From Chiloscyllium plagiosum (lineage: Eukaryota), in contig NC_057718.1 of NCBI RefSeq assembly GCF_004010195.1, forward strand, positions 76,830,079 to 76,894,078: a stretch of 64,000 nucleotides of DNA, given 5' to 3'. Shown piece after piece: positions 37,091-50,640 of this stretch. Each line of letters starts with the position of its first letter. Positions within the stretch are counted from its first letter, which is position 1. Both the position numbers and the translations under genes were made by a program. The notes beneath the pieces were generated by a model. The model saw only the letters and a program-made list of their open reading frames with translations, made no database searches and was not told the origin of the DNA.

Positions 37091-40000
37091 CCATTGGAAA
37101 AAGTTAGAACAGTACTGTATGTGCGCTTGGCTTGAACGGTGGATCCGACGCATGCAAATTCTTTTATGTCTCCTGTTTTGCTCCCAGCCAGGCGGTAATA
37201 CTGTTAGGTTACACCTCAATTTTAACCACAAAGCAATATATTTCTCTGGATTCCTGTATATGACTTGAAATGAAAGTGTCTTTGCACGTGACATTCCTCC
37301 ATGGATGGATTAGCTCAGTTTGTAGATAATGAGACTCTTTAACCCTGGTTTCACGCACAGCATTGGATGATAAATTGTGTTCTTAAATATTTTATTCAAA
37401 ATACTTTTAAAATTCATTTTTGGAAAATGTTTTGTTAAATAATTCATCAGAGTTTAGGGTAGTCTCAATTCCCCAGACTCAGTATGGCTCCAACAGCACT
37501 GCAAGAAGCTTAATATTGTTCAGGATGACCAGTTGAACATGCTGACAGACGCTAAACAAAAGAAATCAAAGAACTGTGGATGCTGAAAATCAAAAACAAA
37601 AACAGAAATTGCTGGAAAACTCAGGAAATCTGGCAGTGTCTGTGGAGAGAAAGCAGAATTAATGTATCAGGTAGAATGACCATTATTTTTAGACCCAGTT
37701 CCAGCTGCCAGACCGGCTGAATTTTTCCTGCAATTTATGTTTTGATAGGTTCAAAGTTTTACTCAGCTTTTGATGCACATTTGCTGCTTGAGATTGACTG
37801 ACTGTGTTGCATTTGAAAAGGCATTTTGACACAGTAGGAGATTTTTGGGTACTTAATTCAGATTTCACTGATACTGATTTTCTGGACATTTCTAAGAGCT
37901 TGACCAATATATTAAAAACATTGAGTGCTATCCCACTATATCTTACTGGAGAACTCCCTGGTATCATAAGGAGAAGGGGAATGATAAGTTGTGGGGATCT
38001 CGCTCAGGTTTTCTCTGGATCTGGAGAAAGTGGAAGGAGACATGACCAACAGCAAAACCCTAAGTGACACAGTAGAGCCCTCAATAGGATGACCTATGCA
38101 CCCAGAGTCTTTAGAGTAATAGTTTCTGCTACAAAACCAGTGTATGAAAAGGGAATCATGGTGATCTGTGGCCTCATGACAGGAAATTCTATCTCAGCAC
38201 AGTCAGGCTTCCATTGCCTTTTAGGAATTACACTCACAAGCACATGATTTTTATGCTACTGGAATGTTCTGGGCTCGCCAGATGATGATTGCAGCATGTC
38301 AGAATCCATTGTGCACTTATGCATGTGGAGTGTCGCTGAGTCTGTATCCACTCAACAGAACGACTTCATATCATTGGAACCAGAGACCACTAGAAACACG
38401 GAGTTCCTGGATAACAGCAGTTGTCCATGTAGTCTTTGAAGACTGTTCTGTCATTAGATAAGAAACGTTTTGCCTCATCACTGCCTTAAATGAGTGATAT
38501 TGAAACTCTGCTGCTTTGTTGTAGATTGCCCAGTGAGGGCAAACCTCCTCTCAGTATCCGCTCTGTCAGGGCCCCTCATAATTTTATGTTTCAATAAGAT
38601 TATCTCTGATCCTTCTAAATGTCAGTGAGTATAGGTCAACTTTTTGTTAACCTTTTTCTCCTAAGACAACCTTTTTCATCCCAGTTCCATTTGGCCCATA
38701 TCCCTTTAAAACTTTCCTATTCATGCACCTGTCCAAATGTCTTTTAAAAGTTATAACTGTACCTGCCTCTACCACTTCCTGTGGCAGTTCATTCCATTAT
38801 TGCATCATCCTCTGTATGAAAATGTTGCCCAGCAAGTCCCTGTTAAATCTTTCCCTCTCTCCTTAAACCTATGCCATCTAGTTTTGGACTCCCCTAACAT
38901 TGGAAAAAGGTTAGCTATTCACCTTAGCTATGCCCCTCATGATTTTATAAACCTCTATAAAGTCACTCCTCAACCTCCAACCCCTGCTTTCTTACTCCTC
39001 TCATTCGTTAGAACTGCTTTAAAGCTTAACTCCATTAATCCCAATACAGGAATCTTACCTGTTATCCCGTACCATACCACCCACAGTTCCTGTCAGGCAG
39101 CAAAACCTTCAAAGAAAATTGAACATTTTAATAAAGTCTTCAAAGACATCAGTTTTGAATTTGATCTGCCAAAATCCAATACATATATGTTCACCCTTGC
39201 TGTGGTATTTCTCACAGATGCGACTAGCAGCACTGCCTATTTGTCCTCCCTCTCAGAAAGGCCTTTACAATCGTTGCCAGTTCAGTTTGTGATCTCATTA
39301 TATCCAAAATCTTACCCAGTCAATCTGCCAGATAGTCTAAGACAACTCCCAAGGCAAAACTAAAATAAAAATGTCGTTTTGACTTTCACATATTTCCATT
39401 TTTCTATTTCAAAGACAAAGAAATTGTAATTTTGTTTTTTTCTTCTCTAGTTCAGGAATTCAGTGTTGGTTTGTCAATGTTCTATGCAGTTGAAGCACAA
39501 GTGGATAGTTAAAAAATATTCTGTGTGAAATTTGTAAATGATAAAAGCATAACGTATTTCTAAGCTTAAAGGCTTAGGTCGTGCACTATGCAAATAGTTT
39601 TCATTAAAGAGCATGAAGGTGCATGTATCTTTGGACCAATGTTGGTGGAAAAGACGAAGGAATTTTATGAGAAGCTGAAAATCATGGAGCTGTGTACTTT
39701 TTCTCAAGTATGGCTCACTTACTTTAAGATACAACATGGAACGCAAAAGGCTGACAAGCCAGGTGAACAGAAATCTGCAGGTATGAAATCAGCTAAAGAT
39801 TTCTGTGAAATTTTTAATAAAGTTATGATTGGCCATGACCTAACTGCCAAACAAATCAATAATGCTGTTGGTTAATATGGCAATAGCTTCCAAGCACAAC
39901 CTTAGTTGGTGCTGATGAAAAGGTTGTTTGTGGCTTTAAGCAAAGTAAAGACTGAATAACCGTACTTGTATGTGGAATGCCACAGGAATATATAAAGTGG

Positions 40001-40169
40001 AATTGACTGTTATTGGAAAATATGTAAAACTAAGATGGTTCAAAGGCATAATACATCTTCCACTTAATTATGACGTGATGCTTAAATAGATGCAGACATT
40101 TTTACTTGATGATGGTTTCATCATGTTTTTGTGCCTGGTGTAAAAGCACGTTTGTAAAACATAGGAATA

Positions 40170-40367
40170 GGAGAAAGTGAGGACTGCAGATGCTGGAGAT
40201 CAGAGCTAAAAATGTGTTGCTGGAAAAGCGCAGCAGGTCAGGCAGCATCCAAGGAGCAGGAGAATCTACGTTTCGGGCATGAAGAAAGGCTCATGCCTGA
40301 AACGTCGATTCTCCTGCTCCTTGGATGCTGCCTGACCTGCTGCGCTTTTCCAGCAACACATTTTCAG
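40170..40367. mobile_element. Palindromic PLE family A insert with damaged HHR centre
   Basis: Inverted arms; flanking taaaacata duplication. Confidence 0.8.
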
Positions 40368-40887
40368 TGCTAAAACATAAGCATGTCTGAAGAAAGCAAG
40401 ACTTTGTTAAGGCAAGATCTTTTTGTGTTTCTCCATTCTAATGTGACAAGTTTCATTCAGCCAATGGGTGTGATCCAGTATTTTGAAAATATTTTACCCA
40501 CATGATTTGATGGGAAAACTGACAAACCACCAAGCAGAAATTAATAAATTTCAGTCCAGATACTGTATCAGAGGTGCTGTTTTTAACATGTTATGTGCAT
40601 GGAACCAAGTGAAAAGTGAAACTGCAAAGATGCTGGTGAAACTGAAGGCCTTTCATAATGTTCGAAGAAGAGTTGTCAGACAAAGACATTTTTGATGGAT
40701 GTTGTGTGCAAGAAAGCAAATAAGTAAAGATATGCAGGAAAAAAACATGGGATTAGTGAACTGTGCTAGTGCTGTCAAAAACGTTTCCAGAAATGAACTG
40801 GATGAACGGTTGGATGTTGACAATAATGCTTCTGTTGCAATGCTTTAAATACAGAAGAAATTATAGACAATGTTTTGAGTTGTGACC

Positions 40888-41190
40888 ACGAGGCGCAACG
40901 GTGAAGTGATTAGCACTGCTGCCTCACAGCACCAGGGTCCCAGGTTCATTTCCAGCCTTGGGCGACTGTGTGGAATTTGCACATCCTCCCCATGTCTCTG
41001 TGAGTTTCCTCCGGGTGCTCCAGTTTCCTCCCACAGTCCAAAGATGTGCAGGTCAAGTGGATTGGCCATGCTAAATTGCCCATAGTGTTAGATGCATTAG
41101 TCAGAGGGAAATGGGTTTGGATGGGTTACTCTTCGGAGGGTCGGTATGGACTTGTTGGGCTGAAGGGCCTGTTTCCACACTGTAGGGAAT
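40888..41190 (+). mobile_element. HE1-like V-SINE
   Basis: tRNA-like head, V-domain, tail gggcctgtttccacactgtaggga. Confidence 0.85.
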
Positions 41191-43119
41191 ATAAAGTCTA
41201 ACGTTCAAGAAGAGAGAAGTGATGACAAGAGAGAGCAGGGTTGAAAGAGTTTCATTATAGTTTGAAATTTGTTGTGCATCAAAGTTAGTTTACTGCACAA
41301 ATGTAATGTAGTTTCCACTTCATATTCCCAATATCTGCACAAGAGAATGAAAGCATGCAAGCAGGCAGATGTGAGGAATTTATTCAAGAGAGCTGCTGGG
41401 CCTAAATCCCAGATGCCAGTGCTGGTTCCATTGATGCACATAGTGAAATACTGAGTTTCCAGAACTCAGGGAGTAAATTGAGATTTAGCTTTAAGATTAG
41501 AGTATATTGTGCGGAGCCTCTATTAGATTCTATTCCTCCTACAATCAACAGATTCCTGTACACCACATCCCCTGCCCACCAACTTCAGCCCATTCCCTAT
41601 ACGTGCCAGATAATGAGGAATTTAATATATTTATGTAACTCTTATCAAACGTAGGTTGATGGCATTAATGTGAGGAATGGTATGTTGGAACCTTGGAATG
41701 TTTTACTATATTAAATTTTTTACTATTGCCATATAATCCATGTTGTTTAAATTGAAATTTTGTGGGATTGGGAGCAAATGTAGATCAGCAAAAACTGGAT
41801 GGTGATGTCACTTCAGACACTGAAACTTGCTGCAGTTTCTAAACTAGCCTCACTGTCTAAAAATATTGAAACTAAATGTTAAGTTGCAGAAGGGTCAACC
41901 TTGACAATCGATTCAACAAGTTTAACAAACTGCTGTATTTACGTTGTAAATATTGTGGGTGCAATTAATCTTTGATAGTGGCATGGCTTATTTATGGTGC
42001 AGTATGAAATCTGCAATTATACGTTTATCAAGTTAGATACCCGGTTAGGCTGTCCTTTGCGTAACGTCTTGTATGTCTGTAGGCTTTGAATTATTTACAG
42101 AAATTCAACATGAATCTATTCTTTACTTTGATTCCAATGATGAGTCAAAGAATGTTAAGGGCCAGCTGACATCTCAGCTTTTTGTGCCCCAAGCTCTGGG
42201 TTCTTTATCAAGCAATAAGGAATGATTAAGGGACCAAAACTTAGAAGTTACTGGTAGGAAATAACAGATTTAAAGAATGAATGTGTGGAGGGAAAGATTG
42301 ACCTATGGTGGCAAATAAACACGTTTTTTTATGTTCAAAAGCTGTTCCTCCATTTGGGGAAAATCTGCTATTGTACCAAAAGAAAGGATAAATGTGAATC
42401 ACTGCAGTTACAGAAACAGAAAGTGAGGCCACCACCAGCCAACCTACCTCATACTGCTCTCATGTGTGATCCTTCGTCACAAAATGGACTTTTAGAAAAT
42501 ATAGCAGCACTTGTGGTGATTTAGTATTTCAAGTTATGACCTTCTTCAGAATGAGTAACATTAACTCTGTTCCTCTCTCCACAGGTGCTGCCTGAACTGC
42601 TGAGTATTTTTTAAATCAATTTTTGTTTAGTTCAGATTTCCAGCATCCGCAATATTTTGTTCTTTTGAACGATGTGCATTTGGCAGGATATCTTTCAGCC
42701 TTTTCCAACATAAAATGACTCTAGTTTCAAGTTCTGCAAGGTAACATTCAATTGACAGGTTTCAAAGCCTGCTTTTATAGCAATCATGTTGGTTTGTAAA
42801 GCCAGACATGGAACCTATCAACAGTTTTATTTCTCAAAACTTTATATTTAGTGACAAACAAAAGCTAAATTAAATACTTTTTTCTTTTTCTTGCCCTTCA
42901 TACCTACCTCTCTTTTCCACATGTGCCCATTCCCAGAGACTGAGCACATTTTAAAATTTTCGCCCCAAACCTTTTAATGGATTTTATCCTGTAGTTAGAT
43001 GTGAAATGTAGCAAAAGTGGCTAGGTATTCTTACTAACTTGCTAACAGAAGTTTGTATTAATATTGGACTGACATGGGGAAGGGGGGTGTTGCAACAGCA
43101 AGGTATTGTAAGCTACTAT

Positions 43120-43335
43120 GATTTGGAGATGCTGGTGTTGGACTGGGGTGTACAAAGTTAAAAATCACACAAGACCAGGTTATAGTCCAACAGGTTTAAT
43201 TTGAAGCCTGCTAGCTTTCGGAGTGCCACTCCTTCATCAGGTGATTGTGTCCCCAGGAGCGGCGCTCCGAAAGTTAGTGTGCTTCCAGTTAAACCTGTTG
43301 GACTATAACCTAGTGTTGTGTGATTTTTAACTTTA
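43120..43335. mobile_element. Palindromic family C HHR element
   Basis: TSD taagctactat at 43109-43119 and 43336-43346; minus HHR ctgatgaaGGAGTggcACTCCgaaagcta. Confidence 0.82.
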
Positions 43336-43829
43336 TAAGCTACTATAATTGTGTAAAGAGGAAGCATAGTGCATGCTATGGTAGAGTTGTGAAAAATGAG
43401 AAGATTTCATTTCTGGCTTGAGTTGGGCAAGCTTGGTCTGAATGTTCATCCAGGTGAAATTTCTGTGTCTTGCTGAGAAGTGTTCTGACTTGTGATTGCC
43501 TTCAACTGAATCTGTGGATGTCAGAGCTGAGCTTTGCATCAATGTATCCATAGTTAAGTGCTGTTGGATGTTCCAAGCGTTTTGAGGTATAAAACTGAAG
43601 TCTTAATGCTGACTTGGACAACCAATATTTATGAATCAAGTAGAATTTATTAAGTAGAATTTCATTAATATTTAATGAAGAAAAGTGAAGATTGTTTGTT
43701 TTTTCTTTATTAATTCGCAGGTTGAGGGCATCACAGTTCAGGTAGCATTTATTGCCCATCCCTGATTGCCCAGAGGACAGTTAACAGTCAATCACCTTGC
43801 TGTGGGTCTGGAGTCACGTGTAGAGTCTA

Positions 43830-44100
43830 GATTAGAGTGCTACTGGCAAAGCACAGCAGATCAGGCAGCATCTGAAGAGCAGGAAAATCGATGTTTGGGG
43901 CAAAAGCCCTTCATCAGGAATGAAGGCAGGGAGCCTCCGGGGAGAAGAGATAAATGGGAAGGGGATGGAGCTGGGGAGAAAATGGCAAAGAGTACAATAG
44001 ATGGCTGGGGATGGGGATGAAGGTGGTAGGTCAGAGAGGAGGGTGGCAGAAGGTAGCAAAGAGTACAGTTGGTGGATGGGGGTGGGGATGAAGGTTGTAG
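43830..44100 (-). mobile_element. PLE family A 3' fragment with HHR
   Basis: Reverse complement contains attcctgatgaagggcttttgccccaaacatcg. Confidence 0.75.
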
Positions 44101-45902
44101 ATGTTTTAATCAATCTGTTCAGATATGCTACGACACATTTTCGAGTCTGTGGAACTTGAACCTGGGCCTCCAAGAGCCCACTCTCATTTGCATCAACTTG
44201 ATCAGATCTGTCATGGCACACTCCTGTTGAAGGTGGGGTATCGCCACTCTACCATGAGTGTATTTTGCTTTTTTTTTAATTAAAAAAATGTTATGACACA
44301 TCTCTGGAGCAGGTGGGACTTGAATCCAGGCCTTCTGGCTCACTACCTCTGAACCACAGGAGACCCAAATATCACCTGTTCTCAATCAACTCTGGAACTG
44401 TCCTGTTTGACTGCTAAAGAGACATAAAATTTAAACTGTCATTCCATTGAACAGAAACTAACTTAGACTGTGGCTACTAAAGCAGGTTAAAGGCTGGAAG
44501 TTCTACAGTAACTCACCCCACCTCCTGATTTCTCAGAGCTTTTCCACCATCTCGAAATCACAAGTCAGGTGTGTACGAGAATGCTCTCCATTTGCCTGGA
44601 TAGGTCCTGCCCAATAATACTCAAGAAGCTCGATGCCATTCACGACAAAGCAACCCACTTGATTGCTATCCCATTTATCACCTTTTGCCATTAGCAGAGA
44701 ACCGTAGCAGTGTGTGCTCCCTGAAGATGAACTACAATAATTGATGAAGGTCCTTAGCACCTTCCACATGAAGAAACTCTCCGAACTGTAAAGACAAGGA
44801 CAGCAGATAAGTTGGAACTGTTCCTTCAATGTTGCTGAGTCAAAATCTTGGAACTCCCTTCCTGCAAACGCTGTAGTGTGTATACACCACATGGATTGCA
44901 GAGGTTCAAGAAGATAGCTCACCAGCACCTTCTCAAGGACAATTGGATATAGACAATAAATTCTAGCCTGATTCTAGTCTGGGGTATTCAGAGCCTAAAT
45001 ATTGAGGGAGATAGGGAACAACTTTGGAATGCTATGAGTGCAGGTTCTCTTCTGAAATTGACATGGAAACTTAATTGAAGAACAGAGATTTGAGAGTTTG
45101 AGATGATGGCTGATCTGCTAGTGGGCTTAAATCGTAAGGCACCCCTCCCCCCCCCACCACCACCACACTAACTCTCAACTCCCTTATACATGAATGGATT
45201 TCTCTCTAACCTCTGTTTAAAATTCTGAAAATTACAATTGCCTTGTAGCTGTTAATATTTTATGGAAGTATTTGTAGAATATAAACTGCATATGTCAGAT
45301 TAACTGCGGAATAAATTGTTGACACCACCTTCCTACAAATAATTGGGAGGGAGCAATAGATGTTAGCCATTTAATTGACATCAAATCCTGTGTACAAATA
45401 AAAATAAATCTGACTTCTTTCTCTTTATTGGAATAATCAAAGTGTTTATACTCTTCTGATTGTGTGGTTCATTAATTCTAATCTGAGGTATTAATTTCTT
45501 CACTGATTTTCCAAATTTATGCGTTCCTGTCAAGGATGAGGAGGTCAGTGTTGCATTCCATCTTATTTCCCTTGTATCGCTCTTTTTAAAAATATTTTTA
45601 AACTGAATATAAGTAAAAGTTTTCACAAACCAGCATGGTGGGTTTTATCTGTAGTTTAGTTTGGATTTAGTTTGTTTAGGTTCAGATGGAGTTTGCAGCT
45701 TTCAGTATCATTGTTCAAGGCTGTAAACATTTAGATGCTCAATTTCTGTAATTTCAATTGCTTTCTTGCTTGGTAGGTACTGATTTCCGTTAAGTTAGAA
45801 TTTGTTACCAAGAATTTGTTCACCTTTTCACCTGCTGCTGACATGGATTCATTTATTAATTGCCAACTGTAGTTAGTTAATTTTTTTTATGTTCATGTTC
45901 AG

Positions 45903-45962
45903 ATACCTAGATACAAAGGAACTGATAAAGTTAAAGAGAGCGAGGAAAAAACTGGTGAGAAG
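45903..45962 (+). CDS. CEP43: CEP43 60-nt exon, IPRYKGTDKVKESEEKTGEK
   Basis: ttcag acceptor, aag|gtaact donor; IPRYKG motif as in human FOP. Confidence 0.9.
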
Positions 45963-46064
45963 GTAACTGCATGTTATTACAAACCTGGTCATGATTCAAT
46001 CATTAGCCTTTGCTCAAGCATGACATGCGAATACTTAAAAAGCATATTGGGACTACCAATTCAG

Positions 46065-46212
46065 GAAAGCCCTCCTCCCTACCTTTTATCTTAGCCTGCT
46101 GGACAAACCTTCCTCATTCCTGAAGAAGGGCTTATGCCCGAAACGTCGATTCTCCTGTTCCCTGGATGCTGCCTGACCTGCTGCGCTTTTCCAGCAAAAC
46201 ATTTTCAGCTCT
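46065..46212 (+). mobile_element. PLE family A 3' fragment with sense HHR (46116-46151)
   Basis: attcctgaagaagggcttatgcccgaaacgtcgatt. Confidence 0.82.
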
Positions 46213-47347
46213 AGCATGCCAGGGCAGAACAGTGAATTTCCCATATATGCAGTCATAATAGATACATTTCAGAAATGAAAATGTTTGATGACTATCATTT
46301 GTTTTTAAAAAAACTATTTTGATATTGGCAGTTACTCCATAATACATTTGTGAAAACCACACAATTGTGCTAAGTTCCTCTTATGGTCTTAAAAACTTTT
46401 TAAATTCATAATAAGACTTAGCATCTGATTGTTAATATGCTGTGATATAGTAGTGTACCATGACACTTACATTCTCCTTGCCAGTTCAATATTATTTGCT
46501 GATCTATGCTAACTGTGAAGGCACTACAGCAGGTGAATAGTCAGCTGTACAGAGCTTAGCCTTCTGTTGTCCCTTCATCTCAATGTTGTAGGTACAATGT
46601 ATTCAATGAAGTATTTGATTTTCTAACATTTGAAGTTTCATTTAAACCATCAAAAAATGTCTGTGACAAGCAGGCCATTGTTAGGTAGTATGGCACATAC
46701 CATCTTACATTGTGTTTAAAATGCCTGATGAAATCCAAATTTAATTATAGTACCAAAGCCCAAATGATTCAAGCATCTCTTTACACAGATTTATATCTTG
46801 GAAGCAATACAATAGCATACTGATATCTTTCACAAATCAATTGGAATTCTCCACAGTGTAAACAATTTGGAAGTAACATCTATATTGATTGTGTGCTTTA
46901 AGATCCGCAAACAGTTTATCAACTATCATTGTGTTAAGAATTAAGAGAAGGCTGCAGTTGATGCAGTTATAATTATAGTAGTTTTGGAAACTTATGCATT
47001 TTGTAATCTACAATATTTTTCTTTTTCCTATCTAGACTGCAAAAGCTTAAGTTTATAGGACCCAAACTAATTCATATTAACGCAGACACCTTCAGTATTC
47101 CAGTTTTATGTTTAACCTAACAAAGATAAAATGCATGGAAGCTTAGATTTTTGTGTTATCATTTCATAGTTAATGCATATATGTAGTCATTGTTTTAAGT
47201 TAGAATATTATAGTATTCCATCTGTCTATTTAAGCATCCTGCTAATCTATAGGTAGTAGGTTCTAGAAGTTTGCTACTTTAAACATGTGTTCTAATCCAT
47301 TTAGTTCATTGGTTTTATATAATTGTATTTTTACTACTTTTCCAAAG

Positions 47348-47556
47348 TTCACTAACATCAGCTTTGGAGATATCAGCGTAGCCTCAGGTGAAGTAAAAAG
47401 TGCAACCAATCTTTCTACTGGTGATCCAAAGAAAGGCTTCATCCCTAATACAACATCCAGTCTGCCAGAGCTAAAGAAAAATGAAAAGTTATGCCTCGAT
47501 GATGAAGATTCATTCTTTGATGACCCGTTGCCTGAGCAAATGAAGATCTATGCCTG
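47348..47556 (+). CDS. CEP43: CEP43 exon, FTNISFGDIS...LCLDDEDSFFDDPLPEQMKIYA
   Basis: ttttccaaag acceptor, gtaagc donor, 209 nt phase 0-2; DSFFDDP(L/I)P motif as in human FOP; lies in ORF 47285..47560. Confidence 0.9.
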
Positions 47557-48699
47557 GTAAGCAAAAACATAGATGTAGTAACTAAAGCAGATAATTGCAT
47601 TAACATAGCCACTTTAAATCCAAAGGCACTTCACTGGAGTAGTGGATAACATTTGACTTTGACCCAAGGTGTAATTGGGACAGATCACCAAAAGCTTGGT
47701 CAAAGGAAGAGGTTTTATATTCCAAGGAAAGAGGCAGCAAGATTTTGGGAAGAATGCCAAGTTTCAGGGCTGGAAATTCAAAGTGGAGGAATAAAAGCTA
47801 GAGATGCACAAGGAGCCAGAGATGAAGTAGTACTGCCAGCTTGGAAGTGGGGAGAACTGGAAGAGGTTGACAAAGGTTAGAATGGCAAGGCCATTATGCG
47901 ATGTGAAGGCTAAGATCACAATTTTAGAACTGAGCCATTGATTGATGAGGAGCCAATGTGGGTCAGTTAAGTACCGCTATGAAGTATGAAGGGGACTTCT
48001 TGTGAGTCAGAATGCATAGACTAGAGTTTTGTATGAGTCAAACTGACAGAGGAATGAAGGTGGGCATCATACTTAATCATTTGAGTAGATTGTGAATGGG
48101 GAGCTGCTGCTGCCTGTTTGTGATTCTTAAAAGGTCTTATCAGGCATAATATGTAACATTTGATGAAGAATTTATTTCACTTAACTGGTTTCTTCCACAA
48201 TTCCTTTTTTAAAAGAAATGCCAAATTCAGTGCAATATCTTAGCTGTAAAAGAATGCCATTGTCAATTGAAAGGGTTTGTATGTTACTTTATCTGGTAGT
48301 AAACTGACAAGCTTGGTTATAATGACACTGGTATTCACTCGTATTACTGTTTTTTTTTAACAAAACCTGAAATACTATTGTACAACCTTAAAGTGCAACC
48401 TCAGTCTTATGTTGGCAGCCATCCAATTGCATTTGAACAGTTCATTGGAATAATTTCCAACAAAAACCTCCAATAAAAGTCACTCATTGGTTTGACTGTG
48501 TTTGAAATCGCTATCAACTGTCTTCCTGTCTTCCTTTATTTTGATTGGATTGTTCAGGCATTGGTTGCATTGTACCCATGTCTCTATTATTAACCATGTC
48601 CAGCATTTCCATGGTTGAAAATCACTGAAACCAACTGGCTTATTCATAAGAGTGTGAGCAATGGGAAATTTTGTATTGTTAGCAGTTAACATGTTGTAG

Positions 48700-49063
48700 G
48701 AGAAAGTGAGGTCTGCAGATGCTGGAGATCAAAGTTGAAACTTTATTGCTGGAACAGCACAGCAGGTCAGGCAGCATCCAGGGAACAGGAGATTCGACGT
48801 TTCGGGCACAGGCCCTTCAGGCAGTGGTGGGAAAGATGCTGGAGTCTATTATAAAGNNNNNNNNNNNNNNNNNNNNNNNNNNNNNNNNCCTCATTTTCTC
48901 CTCGAAGATTTCAACCTACTGCGAATCCTCTTACAAGGATGCCTTCCTTGAAGAAGCTCTCTGCCTCTCATTCCTGAAGAAGGGCCTGTGCCCGAAACGT
49001 CGAATCTCCTGTTCCCTGGATGCTGCCTGACCTGCTGTGCTGTTCCAGCAATAAAGTTTCAAC
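48700..49063. mobile_element. Palindromic PLE family A insert with a CR1 piece and an assembly gap
   Basis: 15-bp TSD gttaacatgttgtag at 48685-48699 and 49064-49078; HHR at 48970-49005. Confidence 0.78.
48857..48888. other. Assembly gap (32 N)
   Basis: Run of n. Confidence 0.99.
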
Positions 49064-49734
49064 GTTAACATGTTGTAGAATCATTCAGGCTATCTTGATA
49101 CAGGTTTTAAGACCCACCAAATTTATTAGAATGTCAACTGAAAATGCTGGAGAACCAGTTGTCAATTTTGGCAGAAGATAGAGTTAGCATTTCAGGTTAC
49201 TAAGCTGTTACTAGAAATGGGAAATGTGAACTTTTCTTTAGGAGGAATAGAACCAGGGAAAATGCTGCTGGCAGAAAAACGAAGAACAGTCCAGGATAGG
49301 AGCTGATTAGTTGACAGGAGAGATAATGGCACTAGACCAAATGAAACAATGAAGGACAATAGAGATTTAAAAGATGCACTAGAGACCCAGAGGATTGTGA
49401 AAACTTGCAAAAGGCAGAATGTGGGTAGGTTTAGGATGGGAGTGAGGGTTCTTAGAAGAGTAATTGGACAATTTTTGTTTAGTCATTTTTAGTCTATTTC
49501 GTGAGGTCTTGGGAAATGTGACAAGTAAAAGAATTCAGATAAGGTTGTATTCATAAGATAAGTGGAATTGCAACTGTTTGTGGATCGTAAGGCAAAATAT
49601 TTTCTTCCAGGCACAAAAAGGTAAGTTTTTGAAAATTCCTATTCCTCCATTATGTTCCATTCCACACCTCAAACTCTTCTTCCCCAGCCTCAATATGATT
49701 AATACTGCCTACTGCTTTTCCAGTTGCAAGTAAA

Positions 49735-49940
49735 GTCACCATAGTCCAAGAGAACCATAGGGCTGTCTCTCATTGGAGAGAAATAACTGGTGGTGGTTTA
49801 ATCTGAGGGTTCACCATGCCTCGGGTGAGGGAAGAGATTGAGAAGAAGCAGCCTTCCTGGTAGCAATAGGCAGTGCAATAATTGAACCAACATTGTTGAC
49901 ATCACTGTATCGCAAACCATCTGTCCAGTCAACTGAACTT
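49735..49940 (-). mobile_element. Old tRNA-derived SINE
   Basis: Minus strand starts agttcagttgactggacagatggtt...ggttcaatt (A/B-box-like). Confidence 0.4.
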
Positions 49941-50253
49941 TGCTTTTCCAGTTATACAGGCTGGAATTATACAATCCCATGGGAAACTGGGCAAAAAAAA
50001 CTTTGATTGAAGGTAAACTGCAGGGCATTCAGGAAAACCCATGCACTGGGTTTCCTGACCATATCTATGATCAATTCCACCCATCACCTCCAACCACTAC
50101 CACCAACACACTCTGATATACATCTCAGAAAATATTAGGCTTCAGAGTCAGTATCTGTAGAATAAATAAATTTACCAACATTTTGAATCAGCGGTGTTAT
50201 GGAGTTGGTAATTTCTCATTGCTAGTTCTCTAGAATTGTACTGATCTGATTTG

Positions 50254-50640
50254 ATCAGCTGTGGTCCAGTTGATAGTACTCTCACTTCCAAGCTACAAGG
50301 TTCCAGGTTTAAATCCCACCACAAGGCTCTTGCTTACAAAAATCAAAGCCGTTACTCAGTGCGTCATTCTCTCAGTACTGCAGTGTTTGGTGTTGTCATT
50401 CTTTGGCTGAGTTGGTATAAGCCCTGTCTTCCTGCTTAGGTGGATGATGTAAAAGATCTCACAGCACTGTTTTGTAGAAGAGCAGGGGAGTAATGCTCAA
50501 TGTCGTTACTAATACTTAACCCTGTTCAACACCAGGCAAACAGATTACATAATCATGTCATGTTTCTGTTTGTGGAGGTTTGCTGTGTACACTTTAGCTG
50601 ATGGGTCTCCTACAACAACAGAGTATACTTTTAAAAGTAT
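50254..50640 (+). mobile_element. DeuSINE (SacSINE1-like), diverged
   Basis: tRNA head plus Deu-domain-like gatgtaaaagatctcacagcactgttt...gaagagcaggggag...aaacagatta...ctgtttgtgg. Confidence 0.7.

Larger units (their letters stand above)
39480..41630 (+). mobile_element. Decayed pogo/Tigger (Jerky/TIGD-like) DNA transposon
   Basis: CENP-B HTH-like GPMLVEKTKEFY...FSQVWLTYFKIQHG, QINNA, ITVLVC, NVTSFIQPM remnants; possible 3' TIR near 41604-41627. Confidence 0.75.

Noticed and set aside
38737..39363. 208-aa ORF
   Set aside because: Begins in antisense CR1 3' sequence and has no recognisable protein features
39588..39875. Functional JRK/TIGD gene
   Set aside because: Stops, frameshifts and two nested insertions
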